This document shows, one piece after another, positions 1-10,051 of a stretch of DNA of 64,000 nucleotides. The position numbers were made by a program, and so were the translations under genes. The notes under the pieces are model-generated. The model saw only the letters and a list, made by a program, of their open reading frames with translations. It was not told the origin of the DNA and did no database searches. Positions within the stretch are counted from its first letter, which is position 1; each line of letters opens with the position of its first letter. Origin of the DNA: an uncultured Candidatus Saccharibacteria bacterium (GTDB lineage: Bacteria; Patescibacteriota; UBA1384; 2-12-FULL-50-11); contig CAZRED010000002.1 of the NCBI GenBank assembly GCA_964599405.1, positions 44,198-108,197 of the forward strand. The letters are read 5' to 3'.

Positions 1-378
1 ATGTTTATATTCTCGCTATTTTTCAGCCTAGCAGTGCTCGTTATTTACTGGCTTAACCGTGGCGAGGGCGTTGGAGTAGCCCGGACTGCCGCCTTTACGG
101 CGCTGGTAGTGTTGGAGCTGGCGCGAATATACATGATCCGCTTCCGCTACCGACTGCCGTTCTTCTCGAATCCTTATCTGATATTTTCGGTCCTGGGGTC
201 GCTCGCTCTTCAGCTGGCGATTTTGACACTGCCGATTCTGCGGGAGATTTTTGAACTGGAAGCGCTTTCCAGAGAACAGTGGCTGCCAATCATTGTTGTG
301 GCGGCCGGATTTTTAACTATTCCAATAATTCTTGCCCGTCCCCGCCGTTCGGTGACGAACGGTAGCGGGATGGTGTAG
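1..378 (+). CDS. C-terminal fragment of a P-type cation-transporting ATPase (5' end outside window)
   Basis: Frame is open from base 1 with no start codon. The product is very hydrophobic and resembles the C-terminal transmembrane helices of P-type ATPases (…AFTALVVLELARIYMIRF…YLIFSVLGSLALQLAIL…). Confidence 0.45.
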   Translation: MFIFSLFFSLAVLVIYWLNRGEGVGVARTAAFTALVVLELARIYMIRFRYRLPFFSNPYLIFSVLGSLALQLAILTLPILREIFELEALSREQWLPIIVVAAGFLTIPIILARPRRSVTNGSGMV

Positions 379-399
379 GATATTAGATATGGGTGGGGT

Positions 400-1224
400 A
401 TGCAGCTGTTAGATTTTTTCTTGCCATCGGCATTAGCGAAAGGGGAGCAAGTTGGCTCAATTTTCGAAAGCGTCAAAAGGCTCGATCAACTTGTTGTTGA
501 AAGCTCGCTCCAAGCCGTCTATGTGGCGGCGATTGCGCTAGCGATCTTGCTGTTTATTGCCATTATTTTACGTAACCCCAGCGAGTCGTCCAAACGGGTA
601 CTTTTCTGGTCAATCGCCAGTATTATCGTTATTACCACCGGCTTACTAATTGGCATGACCGCCTATTTAAATCAAGCTTCCGTCACCAAGGGGCCGGTTC
701 ATTGGCACGCCGACTTTGAAATCTGGGCCTGTGGCACCAAGCAGGATTTGAAAGATCCGGAAGGAATCGCCAATAAAATCGGCACCCCGACACTGCACGA
801 ACACGGCGATCTGCGCATCCACGTCGAGGGAGTGGTGGTGGACTACCCAGATGTCAATTTGGGAGCGTTCTTTCGGGTCATCGGCGGCGAACTAACCGAT
901 AAAAGCTTAACGATTCCCACCAACAGCGGCACGGTTAACTATATCTCGGGACAAAAATGTCCAGGCTCTGGCCAAGCCGCCGAGTTGCAAGTTTTCGCCA
1001 TTACCGCCGACTTGCAGAATCGCACCTACAGCCAACGCCAAATTGCCAACCCCGATCAGTACCAGTTCACCCAAGACTCACGGGTACCGCCGGGAGACTG
1101 TCTGATTATTGAGTTTGCGCAACCGTCTAGCCGAACCAACCAACTCTGCCAAAGCTACGACGTGGCCAAAGTTACCGGTGAATTAACGGCTGAAGTGCCG
1201 TATCTGGAGGACGATGGGCATTGA
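400..1224 (+). CDS. hypothetical membrane-anchored exported protein
   Basis: 274-aa ORF with an N-terminal TM segment and a His-rich region (HWHADFEIW…HEHGDLRIHVEG). No family recognised. Confidence 0.4.
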   Translation: MQLLDFFLPSALAKGEQVGSIFESVKRLDQLVVESSLQAVYVAAIALAILLFIAIILRNPSESSKRVLFWSIASIIVITTGLLIGMTAYLNQASVTKGPVHWHADFEIWACGTKQDLKDPEGIANKIGTPTLHEHGDLRIHVEGVVVDYPDVNLGAFFRVIGGELTDKSLTIPTNSGTVNYISGQKCPGSGQAAELQVFAITADLQNRTYSQRQIANPDQYQFTQDSRVPPGDCLIIEFAQPSSRTNQLCQSYDVAKVTGELTAEVPYLEDDGH

Positions 1225-1918
1225 CCTGCCAACACTCGGTATCGTTTTAACGGCGGCCGCCGTTGATTCGGTGAACCCCTGCGCCATTGGCGTACTAATC
1301 CTGATGGTTTCGGTTGTATTGGGCAATCAAGGCTCAATTAAGCGGTTATTACTGCTCGGCGGTTTATACATCTTTGCCGTCTTTGCCACCTATCTTATTG
1401 CTGGCCTCGGCCTAGTCTACTTTTTAGGCGCCATCCCGTTGTGGGTTACCGAATACTTGTCGATTACCGTTGGTGCCCTGGTGATTTTCGCCGGAATCCT
1501 GGAGATTAAAGATTTCTTTTGGTACGGCCGAGGCTTCTCGCTCCATATTCCGGCCGTCTTCGCCAATAAGATTAAGCAAATGTCCTCGAAAATCACCGTG
1601 CCGAGCGTTATCTTGCTCGGTGCGTTTGTCTCGGCGGTGGAGCTACCCTGTACCGGCGCGCCGTATTTAGCCATCATTTCTATCTTGTCCGTCAACTTTA
1701 ACGCCTCGGCGTTTTTGATGCTGGTGCTTTACAACATCGTCTTTGTAGCGCCGCTGATTATTATTCTGCTGCTGGTGGCGGCCGGAGTAAAAGTTAGCGC
1801 TGTTAAGCAGTGGAAGCAAGATAACAAGCACTACATGCGTTTAGCTGCCGGGGCTTTGCTGCTGGTATTGGGTTGGCTGTTAATATTAATTGCTAATGGC
1901 ACAATTAACTTTGGCTAA
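1214..1918 (+). CDS. ccdA: cytochrome c-type biogenesis / thiol:disulfide transporter CcdA (DsbD transmembrane-domain family)
   Basis: Polytopic membrane protein with the two conserved Cys in TM helices (VNPCAIGVL…ELPCTGAPYLAI) characteristic of CcdA/DsbD-beta. Confidence 0.7.
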   Translation: MGIDLPTLGIVLTAAAVDSVNPCAIGVLILMVSVVLGNQGSIKRLLLLGGLYIFAVFATYLIAGLGLVYFLGAIPLWVTEYLSITVGALVIFAGILEIKDFFWYGRGFSLHIPAVFANKIKQMSSKITVPSVILLGAFVSAVELPCTGAPYLAIISILSVNFNASAFLMLVLYNIVFVAPLIIILLLVAAGVKVSAVKQWKQDNKHYMRLAAGALLLVLGWLLILIANGTINFG

Positions 1919-1921
1919 ACG

Positions 1922-2191
1922 ATGAAGCATATTGTTAAACGGGCCGGGCACAACGAAACCTACGACCAGAAAAAAGTTTACGCCTCCGTTTATGCTGCTT
2001 GTTTGGCAGTCCGCGCCCAAGCCAGCGACGCCGAGCTAATCGCCGAGGAGGTAGTGAAAGATATTGAGAAATGGATTTCCGACAAACACCAGATTAATTC
2101 CCACCAAATTGCCCGCGAAGTAACCAGGTCGCTGCGCCTTTACAACTCCGACGCCGCTTACCTTTACGAACATCACCGGGATATTTCATGA
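1922..2191 (+). CDS. stand-alone ATP-cone domain protein
   Basis: 89 aa, MKHIVKRAGHNETYDQKKVYASV… matches the ATP-cone fold of NrdR/RNR N-termini. It lacks the NrdR zinc ribbon. TGA stop overlaps the next ATG. Confidence 0.55.
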   Translation: MKHIVKRAGHNETYDQKKVYASVYAACLAVRAQASDAELIAEEVVKDIEKWISDKHQINSHQIAREVTRSLRLYNSDAAYLYEHHRDIS

Positions 2192-2475
2192 GCACACCGA
2201 AGATCACTATCTACACCACCCACACCTGCCCGTTTTGTAAAATGGAGAAGGCTTTTTTAACGGAAAAGGGTGCCGCCTATACCGAGATCTTTGTGGACGA
2301 TGACGAAGGCAAAAAAGGCGAGATGATTAATATCTCTGGCCAAATGGGTACGCCGGTAACGCGTTTGGCCTACGACGACGGTGAACAGCGCCAGCTGGTT
2401 GGCTTCAATCAAGCCGCCCTGGCTAAGCTTGTGGCCGGCGAAAAAGTTGGTGAGCCGTTAGTCCAACCAGCTTAG
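2188..2475 (+). CDS. glutaredoxin-like protein (NrdH/Grx family)
   Basis: 95 aa with a CPFC redox motif (TCPFCKMEKAFL) and thioredoxin-fold spacing. Translationally coupled to the ATP-cone gene. Confidence 0.7.
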   Translation: MSTPKITIYTTHTCPFCKMEKAFLTEKGAAYTEIFVDDDEGKKGEMINISGQMGTPVTRLAYDDGEQRQLVGFNQAALAKLVAGEKVGEPLVQPA

Positions 2476-3053
2476 CTGGCTACTTCTACCCGATTACGCC
2501 CGCCCTCTTTAGCTCGGTAGAGAGCTTTGTCGGCAGCATCAATTAACGTGTTGGTATCCATTTTCTCCGTCAGTGAGGCAACGCCGAAACTGGCGGTCAC
2601 CAAAATATCTTTATCTTGGTAGTGAACTGGCTTCTCCTCGATGCTTCGACGGAGGTTTTCCGCCACCGTGGCCGCGTCGGTTTCGTTGGCCCCAAGTAAA
2701 CCGATTACTATCTCCTCGCCGCCGTAACGGCCGACGATATCGCTGCCCCGAACACCTTGACGCAACCTGTTAGCGACTTCTTTCAAAACATGGTCGCCGC
2801 CGCCGTGTCCGTGGGTGTCGTTGATGACCTTGAACTTGTCGATGTCAATAAAAATCAGCGCGAAGTTTTTTAGAATCAAGCCCTTGCGCTGCTCGGGGTT
2901 TTCCAATTGATAGCTAGTCTCGTTAACAAACGGCTCAATCCGTTCAAACAGGCCGCGGCGGTTGAGAATCCGGGTCAGTTCGTCGGTAATTAACTCTTCT
3001 TGCAGTTGGCGAACCTTCGTTTGGAGTTGCTGAATTTTTTCAAGATGGTCCAT
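2472..3053 (-). CDS. GGDEF-domain diguanylate cyclase with N-terminal coiled coil (active-site variant GGEEI)
   Basis: RYGGEEIVIGL, DxLTGL-like upstream region and a KxxDxxG-like motif. The fifth motif position is I rather than F. Confidence 0.7.
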   Translation of the reverse strand: MDHLEKIQQLQTKVRQLQEELITDELTRILNRRGLFERIEPFVNETSYQLENPEQRKGLILKNFALIFIDIDKFKVINDTHGHGGGDHVLKEVANRLRQGVRGSDIVGRYGGEEIVIGLLGANETDAATVAENLRRSIEEKPVHYQDKDILVTASFGVASLTEKMDTNTLIDAADKALYRAKEGGRNRVEVAS

Positions 3054-3112
3054 AGGCTAAGTATATACCACTGGTTCGGTGCGGGGTAATTAATACCTGG
3101 CATAATGTAGTT

Positions 3113-4006
3113 ATGCCGTTAGTTATTTTTTGGTTGACACCAGTGGCTTTAGTTCTGGTTTTGGCGTTACTACTTATTCGCGTCCAACCGAAACATCGGC
3201 CGAAGCTGATCTTAGTTGAACCGCTACTACTGTTAATTAATCAGTGGCACGTTAGCCGGATTGTCGGTAATGAATCGGCCGTCCGCCGGCAGCTAGCGCT
3301 GTGGCAGGAGGGATTAGAGCTCAACCAAAGCGTTATTGAACAGCTGGCCCGTCAGATTATCAAAGCCCCTGGCGCCAAAGCTAATCCAGCAACAATTTTG
3401 GAGCAGCGCCGGCTGCCGTTTTGGGCCGAGCAACGTCTGGTGGAAACACTTGGTAAAAAAAACGCCGTTCTCTGCGGGCCGGTCGGCGAGTTGTTGGAGT
3501 ACTGTAATGTCGATGAGAACGGCGAATTAACTGGTTCGAAGCGGCAAGAATGGCAAGATTTAGCAGCGACAGCCGCTCGTAACGGTTTCATGGCCTTAGC
3601 GTTTGCAGAAACTAGTGGCAATGCCGAGTTGGCCGACAAATCCTACCAATTCATTGGTCTGGCCGTGCTGGAACCAGTTTACAACCAAGAAATGTCGCAA
3701 AAGCTCCGCTCATTAGCTGCGCAAGGCCAGCTGCGCTTTCTTTCCTTTTTGCCCATTGCCCTGCTGGAAAATATCCGGGAAAAAATCTTGCCTGCTAATG
3801 CCCCGCCCAATACTGTTTCAGGCGAGGAGTTGCAAGAAATGCCGCCGGCCGAGCAAGAAGCGGCCATTGAGCGCTCGGTTATCTACGGCGGAATTCCCAC
3901 CCGCCACCGCTACTACATTGCTCGGCAATTACAGCGCCACCACGAGCTAATTGTTGCCTCACGTTTGCCGCAAGACAGCGACATCCCGGCCGATTTACTA
4001 CTGTAA
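3113..4006 (+). CDS. hypothetical membrane-anchored protein
   Basis: 297-aa ORF with an N-terminal TM helix. No recognisable domain. Confidence 0.35.
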   Translation: MPLVIFWLTPVALVLVLALLLIRVQPKHRPKLILVEPLLLLINQWHVSRIVGNESAVRRQLALWQEGLELNQSVIEQLARQIIKAPGAKANPATILEQRRLPFWAEQRLVETLGKKNAVLCGPVGELLEYCNVDENGELTGSKRQEWQDLAATAARNGFMALAFAETSGNAELADKSYQFIGLAVLEPVYNQEMSQKLRSLAAQGQLRFLSFLPIALLENIREKILPANAPPNTVSGEELQEMPPAEQEAAIERSVIYGGIPTRHRYYIARQLQRHHELIVASRLPQDSDIPADLLL

Positions 4007-4049
4007 AACTGGACTCGCGGCCAACGCCCCCTTCAGGTAGAATTGGGCT

Positions 4050-5279
4050 ATGCAGAAGGAATTCTTGCAACCTCTTAGTGGCTTCCGCGACTACGCTAAA
4101 CCGACGAAAGATCGGGTGCTTCGAGCTGTCCGTGAAACATTCAGGCGTTACGGCTACCAACCACTAGAGACGCCGTCGATTGAACGGCAAGAAATTCTTC
4201 TCGGTAAGCTCGGCGAAGATAGCCAAAAACAACTTTATTTGTTTGAAGATAACGGTGGCCGGAAAGTCGGGCTGCGCTACGATTTAACGGTGTCGTTAGC
4301 TCGCTACGTGGCCGGCAATTTGGGGGCATTGGCGCTGCCGTTTAAACGTTTTGAAATTGGCGACGTTTGGCGAGCCGAGCGAGCCCAAAAAGGGCGACAA
4401 CGCCAATTTACCCAAGCTGATGCGGATATTATTGGGCTGGATTCACTAGCAGCGGAAGAAGAACTGCTGCGAGTAATCGGCGACGTCGACAAAACGTTGA
4501 AATTGGGCTTGACCGTGCTGGTCAACGACCGCCGTTTAGCCCAAGCGCTACTCGAGAAAATTAACGTCCCGGCCGACAAACAGGCAGTATTTTTGCAGAT
4601 AATTGATAAAGCCAAAAAAGTTGAAGCTGGCGAGCTGGATAAAGAGTTGGGTCGGCTCGGGTTGAGCGATACTCAACTTAAACAAACACGGATGTACTTT
4701 TTGGCTGACAGTGAAGCGGATTTAGAGAAGCTGGACGTGTCGGAGACATTAAAACAACCACTAGAGCAGCTCGTAAAATTAGCCGAAGGCCTCGGCCTGA
4801 GAGCCCGGGTGGATTTGGGGATGGTTCGGGGGCTGGAGTACTATACCGGCACGATAATTGAAGCAGTTGCTGATGATTTCCCGTCCAGCTTGGTCGGTGG
4901 CGGCCGTTACGACAATCTGGTGGAGCAGTTTAACGGCCAAAAAGTACCGGCAGTCGGCATTTCTTTCGGTATTGATCGGATTGTTGACCTGCTCGATAGT
5001 CGCGCCCCTAGCGCCGAACCGGTGTTGTTTATTGTCAATCTGCCGGAAACCAAAAACGAACTAGAGCAGTGGGCCAGCGAGCTACGAGCGAGCGGAACCA
5101 ACGTCGAAATTTATCTGGATGCCAATGTGGAGATGGGCAAACAAATTAAGTACGCCTTCAAACGAGGGTTCCAAGAAGTCTATCTGCCGTTTGAGCCGGA
5201 GTGGCAGCGCGGCGAAGTCGTGGTCAAAGATTTGGAGACTGGCGATCAAAAAGCGGTAGCGCGCGCATCTTTGCAGTAA
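4050..5279 (+). CDS. hisS: histidyl-tRNA synthetase
   Basis: Class II HisRS motifs (LRYDLTVSLARYVA, GGGRYDNL, anticodon-binding C-terminus). ATG at 4050. Confidence 0.9.
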   Translation: MQKEFLQPLSGFRDYAKPTKDRVLRAVRETFRRYGYQPLETPSIERQEILLGKLGEDSQKQLYLFEDNGGRKVGLRYDLTVSLARYVAGNLGALALPFKRFEIGDVWRAERAQKGRQRQFTQADADIIGLDSLAAEEELLRVIGDVDKTLKLGLTVLVNDRRLAQALLEKINVPADKQAVFLQIIDKAKKVEAGELDKELGRLGLSDTQLKQTRMYFLADSEADLEKLDVSETLKQPLEQLVKLAEGLGLRARVDLGMVRGLEYYTGTIIEAVADDFPSSLVGGGRYDNLVEQFNGQKVPAVGISFGIDRIVDLLDSRAPSAEPVLFIVNLPETKNELEQWASELRASGTNVEIYLDANVEMGKQIKYAFKRGFQEVYLPFEPEWQRGEVVVKDLETGDQKAVARASLQ

Positions 5280-8155
5280 TGGCCGACAAAACCGACTTTC
5301 AGCAGAAATTTGCCAGTCAATTTGCCTTGGAAGAAGCGGTACTAGCCTACTGGCAGAAAAACCAAACTTTCGAAAAAACTCTCGAGCAAACCAAAAACGG
5401 CGAAGTTTTCTCCTTTTACGACGGTCCGCCGTTTATCACCGGTATTCCGCACTACGCGACCCTTTTGCCGAGCATCGCCAAGGACGTGATCCCCCGTTAT
5501 CAAACAATGAAAGGCCGCTACGTCCGGCGCATCTGGGGTTGGGATACTCACGGCTTGCCAGCCGAAAATCAGGTAGAAAAACAGCTCGGGCTGAAGACTA
5601 AAAAAGACATTGAAAAGCTCGGTGTCGATAAATTTATTGCCGCCTGCCGGCAGTACGTGGCTCAAACTTCTGATCAATGGCGTTGGTACATCGACCACAT
5701 TGGCCGCTGGGCCGAGCTGGATAAGGCCTATCGGACCGACCAGTTGAGCTATATGGAATCGGTGATATGGGCGTTCAAACAGCTCTATAACAAAGATTTA
5801 ATCTACCGCGGTCGCCGGGTGTCGCTGTACTGCACCCGCTGCGCCACGCCACTCTCGAAATTTGAAGTAACGATGGACGAAGGCAGTTATCGCGATGTCG
5901 TTGACCCAGGCGTGACGATGGCCTTTCGCTTGAAAAACGATGATGTCTACCTGTTAGCCTGGACCACCACCCCCTGGACGCTCCCGGCCAATATGGCCTT
6001 GGCGATCGATCCGAAAGCCGAATACGTCAAAGTCACAGATGGTAAAAAAAGTTATATTTTGGCGCATCAGGCGCTCGAGCGATTTCAGGACGGCAATCTC
6101 CAGGTACTCGAGCATATTCCTGGCAAGAAACTGGTTGGCGAGAGCTACGAGCCGCTCTTTAACTTTGTTCAAGAACCAACCGAGCCGGATTTCAAAATAT
6201 ACGGCGCGGATTTTGTCTCAATGGATGAGGGCACCGGTATTGTTCATATCGCTCCGGGCTTTGGCGAAGACGACACGAAATTGGGTGAAGCTAACGGTCT
6301 AACCACCCTCTTAACATTGGACGACGAGGGCCATTTTCTACCGGTTATTAAAGATTGGGCCGGAATGTTTTATCGCCAGGCCAACGAGCCAATTACGGCT
6401 AATTTGAAAGAGCGCGGGCATCTTTTCCGCGAGGAAAAAGTTACCCATTCCTATCCGCACTGCTACCGCTGCGACACGCCGCTGATCTACAAGTCGCAGG
6501 TGTCGTGGTATCTGAAAATTGATCAACTACGAGCGGATTTACTGAAGAAAAACAAAGAAATTAACTGGGTCCCCAAACATTTTGGCACGGGCCGGTTTAA
6601 ACATAATGTAGAAACGGCTCCGGACTGGTCGCTAAGTCGTACCCGCTACTGGGGGACGCCGATTCCGGTTTGGGAAACGGCGGATGGGGAGTTGTTTGTG
6701 CCGGAATCGGTGGCGGAGATCGAGAAACTTTCCGGCCAAAAAATCACCGACTTACATCGCCCGGCGATTGACGCAGTGGAGCTGAAACTGCCCAGCGGCA
6801 AGAAAGCCAAGCGAGTCAAAGAAGTGCTGGATGTTTGGTTTGAGAGTGGCTCCATGCCGTACGCTCAGGATCACTATCCGTTCGAACACGAACCAGAATT
6901 CACCAAACATCACCCGACCGACTTTATCATTGAATACACCGGCCAACTCCGCGGTTGGTTCTACTATCTCCATGTTTTGAGCAATGCCCTGTTTGGCAAA
7001 AATAGTTTTAGAAACGTGGCGGTAACTGGTGTGCTGATGGGTAACGATGGCCGGAAGATGAGTAAATCCTACGGCAATTATCCGGATCCGCGCCTAACGA
7101 TTGAAAAATACGGTGGTGAAAGCCTCCGGCTCTACTTTTTAACCAGTAAAATCATGTCCGGCGAAGATACGACGATTGCCGAGGAAGAAATTCGCGAGCA
7201 ATCCCGGTTGCTGAACGTGCTGCAGAATTCGTTTCAGTACTACATCACCTATAACCAATTCCGCCAGTCTGCGGCCAAACCAAAGCCACAGCTGTTAGAT
7301 AAATGGCTGTTAGTGCGGGCTAAGGAACTGGAGTTGGCCGTTGATGCGGGTTTGTCGGCGTTCGATTTTCAAGCTGCCGGAAAAGCCGTTCGGCCGTTCG
7401 TGGAGGATCTTTCCACTTGGTATATTCGGGCCAATCGCGATCGCTTTGTCGCCGGCGATGCGGCAGCGCTCGACACATTGGGCGAGGCACTGCGGCGTTT
7501 CGCTGTGGCGGTGGCGCCAATCTTGCCGTTTAGCGCCGAAACAATATATACAGCGCTTGCAGCGCTAGGTAATGCCAAGGAGTCGGTTCATCTGGAGAAT
7601 TTTCCGGTGACCAGCGAGCTATCCGGCGGTGAGCAAAAACTAGTTGATGATGTTGTCGAAATTCGGGAGATTTGTTCGGCCGGCAATATGTTGCGCTCGC
7701 AAGTAGGAATTTCGCTTCGTCAGCCACTGGGCAAGCTCTACATCGAGGGGAAGACCGTCGTTCAGGCCAGTAAAGACTACCAGCGCATTGTTACGGATGA
7801 GCTGAACGTCAAGGAAGTGGTTTTCGGCGCGCCGAAAAAGAAACTGGAAGAAACAAGCGTTGGCGAAGTAATGATTTATCTCGATACCGAGCTGACGGAA
7901 GAACTGAAGCAAGAAGGCCGTCTGCGCGAGCTGCTGCGCAAGCTCCAAGATGCCCGCAAAAAAGCCGGGCTCAACGTTGGTGAAAAAGTAGTATTGCGCT
8001 ACTACACCGAAGACCCAGAAATGTCAGAATTGTTCATGAAAAACACCAATGCCATCGTCGAGGCGGCCACGTTTTCCAAACTAGAATCTGTCGCTTCACC
8101 CAACGGCCTGGAAGAACTTTCCAGCGAGTCTATTAAATATTCTTTTAAAAAATAA
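5279..8155 (+). CDS. ileS: isoleucyl-tRNA synthetase
   Basis: Class I IleRS with a HYAT-type HIGH region, a KMSKS motif (GRKMSKS) and an editing CP1 domain. ATG at 5279 overlaps the hisS stop (TAATG). Confidence 0.9.
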   Translation: MADKTDFQQKFASQFALEEAVLAYWQKNQTFEKTLEQTKNGEVFSFYDGPPFITGIPHYATLLPSIAKDVIPRYQTMKGRYVRRIWGWDTHGLPAENQVEKQLGLKTKKDIEKLGVDKFIAACRQYVAQTSDQWRWYIDHIGRWAELDKAYRTDQLSYMESVIWAFKQLYNKDLIYRGRRVSLYCTRCATPLSKFEVTMDEGSYRDVVDPGVTMAFRLKNDDVYLLAWTTTPWTLPANMALAIDPKAEYVKVTDGKKSYILAHQALERFQDGNLQVLEHIPGKKLVGESYEPLFNFVQEPTEPDFKIYGADFVSMDEGTGIVHIAPGFGEDDTKLGEANGLTTLLTLDDEGHFLPVIKDWAGMFYRQANEPITANLKERGHLFREEKVTHSYPHCYRCDTPLIYKSQVSWYLKIDQLRADLLKKNKEINWVPKHFGTGRFKHNVETAPDWSLSRTRYWGTPIPVWETADGELFVPESVAEIEKLSGQKITDLHRPAIDAVELKLPSGKKAKRVKEVLDVWFESGSMPYAQDHYPFEHEPEFTKHHPTDFIIEYTGQLRGWFYYLHVLSNALFGKNSFRNVAVTGVLMGNDGRKMSKSYGNYPDPRLTIEKYGGESLRLYFLTSKIMSGEDTTIAEEEIREQSRLLNVLQNSFQYYITYNQFRQSAAKPKPQLLDKWLLVRAKELELAVDAGLSAFDFQAAGKAVRPFVEDLSTWYIRANRDRFVAGDAAALDTLGEALRRFAVAVAPILPFSAETIYTALAALGNAKESVHLENFPVTSELSGGEQKLVDDVVEIREICSAGNMLRSQVGISLRQPLGKLYIEGKTVVQASKDYQRIVTDELNVKEVVFGAPKKKLEETSVGEVMIYLDTELTEELKQEGRLRELLRKLQDARKKAGLNVGEKVVLRYYTEDPEMSELFMKNTNAIVEAATFSKLESVASPNGLEELSSESIKYSFKK

Positions 8156-8158
8156 AAT

Positions 8159-8180
8159 GCCCCGCCGTTTCCGGCGGGGC
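8159..8180. terminator. GC hairpin between convergent ileS and lipoprotein gene (T-run only on minus strand)
   Basis: Perfect hairpin gccccgccg-tttc-cggcggggc. The A-run lies 5' on the + strand, so it reads as a U-run for the minus-strand gene. Confidence 0.6.
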
Positions 8181-8186
8181 ATATGA

Positions 8187-9938
8187 CTAACGGAACTTCC
8201 GTATGATCAGATTTTTTCGCTGCCCGACACCGTTACCGGTGTTAAGACCGCGCGGAGCGCGAGTATGCGGCGGCGATGGCCAGAGATTCTGATAATACTC
8301 TGTCAGCATCGTCACCGTCGTAGCTTGGTTATTAGCTCGCTCGTAGACGAGCGTGTGCTCAAGCGAACGAGCGCGCATCTCAATGGGCACTTCCCAGATT
8401 TTTAGCCCGGAATACTGATTCCGGTCAGGAACATCGCCTATCGATAGGTACGCCTCCCATCCGGCCGGCAGCACTACATCCCACTCCCGAAACTCGGGCG
8501 GGAAGAAGACTCCCGGTGGGGAATTGGGGTCGTACCAAACAACGCCAAGCCACTCACCATTCTTATTGAACGAGTCGAACGTCAACGTTTTTAACGTTAC
8601 CGTTTGCGAGGAGTAGTTGCGTATTTGGACGTCCCAAAGCCAGCCGTCCGGCCCGGCTTCCACCGGATTTGGCAAGAGCAAAACCTCAACAGCATTAGCT
8701 CCTGGCTGACCGTTGATAAAGCTGATCAAGCGACCGATGTCGCCAGACTTCTTCACCAACTCAGTGTGCCCAGCTGACCAATCAACGTGCCGAACGACAA
8801 CACCCGACGTGTTCTCTTCCAGTTGTTGACCAACTGCCGTGGCGTTGGAGAACGGAACCACCAAGTCTAGTCCACCACCGATAAGGTAGTAATTGACGTG
8901 GCCACGCTGGCCCTGGGTGTCTTTCAGCTCGTTAACGAACGCTCCGGTTGAGCGTAAGTCGTTGAGTGACGCCGTATTGAACGACAGCAGACCTCGGTAC
9001 TGCGGTTCATCACCGGGCGCGTTAAGATAGAGCCCGACAAAGAACGCAATCAGGCTACCTAAGTCGGCCAGCGGTGTTCCGAGGTGCGGCGAACAAACAA
9101 AGTAGCAGTTATCTACCGCGTAAGTTTCGCCAAGTACCTCCAGTGCGTAGCGCGTTACTAGACCACCCCACGAGTGAGCGTAAACGTCAACTACCTTGCC
9201 GCTATTGCGGTAGGGTTGAAGTTCATCGCGCAGGCGGGTGGCAGCTGCGACGCCGTCCAAGCGCCAATCATAGCTGAACGAATAGACGTTGGTGTAGCGC
9301 CCGGTTTGCATCAGTTTGCTTGCCAGAGCCGCAAAGTCGTCGTAGGAATCGGCAAAGCCATGAACAATCAAGGCGCTCCGCCCGGTGGCAAAAGCTCCCG
9401 AGCCGGCCACTTTCACCAATTCCGTTTCCTGATCGGGCGGCGGGGCAGAGGGGAAGAAAGCAATAGCAATCAGTCCCATCAGCGTTCCCGGCCCCCGACC
9501 CCGACTAAGCGACTCCTTGGGAACGGTGACGTTGATAGTTTGGCCAACTACTTCGCTATCCAGAACCTCCCAGCCAGTTTCAGTTTTAGCGACAGCGATG
9601 CTATCGCCCGCCTGAGCTGGCTTCGGAAAGCGAACCGTCAAATCCAAGGTTGGTTCTGACGATGGTTCAAGCACGATGCCAGAGCTTGATTCTACGCCAT
9701 GCTGATTGGGCACGGCGTATTGATTGGCGTTCCATTGTTCGACCACCAGTTCGGTGGCAACCGGGAATGTCCCGGCATCAACAACGATGGTGGCGTCTTC
9801 TACCTGCTGCTGAACAGCTTGGTTAGCTGGGATTTGGATAGTCACGACGGAGTTGGGGGAGATTTGGCTTCCGCCGCCTCCACCACCACATCCGTTCAAA
9901 ACGACGAGAATTGTAAATACGAGAGCGAATCTCCTCAT
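8187..9938 (-). CDS. lipoprotein with alpha/beta-hydrolase (lipase/esterase, PGAP1/DUF676-like) domain
   Basis: Signal peptide plus lipobox LNGC followed by a Gly6 linker. GxSxG nucleophile elbow (YAHSWGGLV) in an alpha/beta-hydrolase context. The C-terminal ~200 aa are of unknown function. Confidence 0.6.
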   Translation of the reverse strand: MRRFALVFTILVVLNGCGGGGGGSQISPNSVVTIQIPANQAVQQQVEDATIVVDAGTFPVATELVVEQWNANQYAVPNQHGVESSSGIVLEPSSEPTLDLTVRFPKPAQAGDSIAVAKTETGWEVLDSEVVGQTINVTVPKESLSRGRGPGTLMGLIAIAFFPSAPPPDQETELVKVAGSGAFATGRSALIVHGFADSYDDFAALASKLMQTGRYTNVYSFSYDWRLDGVAAATRLRDELQPYRNSGKVVDVYAHSWGGLVTRYALEVLGETYAVDNCYFVCSPHLGTPLADLGSLIAFFVGLYLNAPGDEPQYRGLLSFNTASLNDLRSTGAFVNELKDTQGQRGHVNYYLIGGGLDLVVPFSNATAVGQQLEENTSGVVVRHVDWSAGHTELVKKSGDIGRLISFINGQPGANAVEVLLLPNPVEAGPDGWLWDVQIRNYSSQTVTLKTLTFDSFNKNGEWLGVVWYDPNSPPGVFFPPEFREWDVVLPAGWEAYLSIGDVPDRNQYSGLKIWEVPIEMRARSLEHTLVYERANNQATTVTMLTEYYQNLWPSPPHTRAPRGLNTGNGVGQRKNLIIRKFR

Positions 9939-10001
9939 GGTTTTCTCCAGTTCCGTGTGTTAAGGAACGTACTAACCAGATTTTACCAATTAATAAGATA
10001 T

Positions 10002-10031
10002 AAAAAAACGGACCACATTGCTGTGGTCCGT
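10002..10031 (-). terminator. rho-independent terminator of gene 10052..10660
   Basis: On the minus strand: hairpin acggaccaca-gcaa-tgtggtccgt followed by T7. Confidence 0.7.
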
Positions 10032-10051
10032 TGAATTCGGACTTTGTCGGT

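Noticed and set aside
5342-7948. Numerous antisense and off-frame ORFs inside ileS (e.g. 5342..5698, 5954..6172, 6646..6973, 7320..7948)
   Set aside because: All lie within the continuous, well-conserved IleRS reading frame and have no recognisable domains. Treated as spurious.
9174-9659. ORF 9174..9659 (+) and others nested in the lipoprotein gene
   Set aside because: Opposite-strand, overlapping a longer ORF with clear signal peptide and hydrolase motif.
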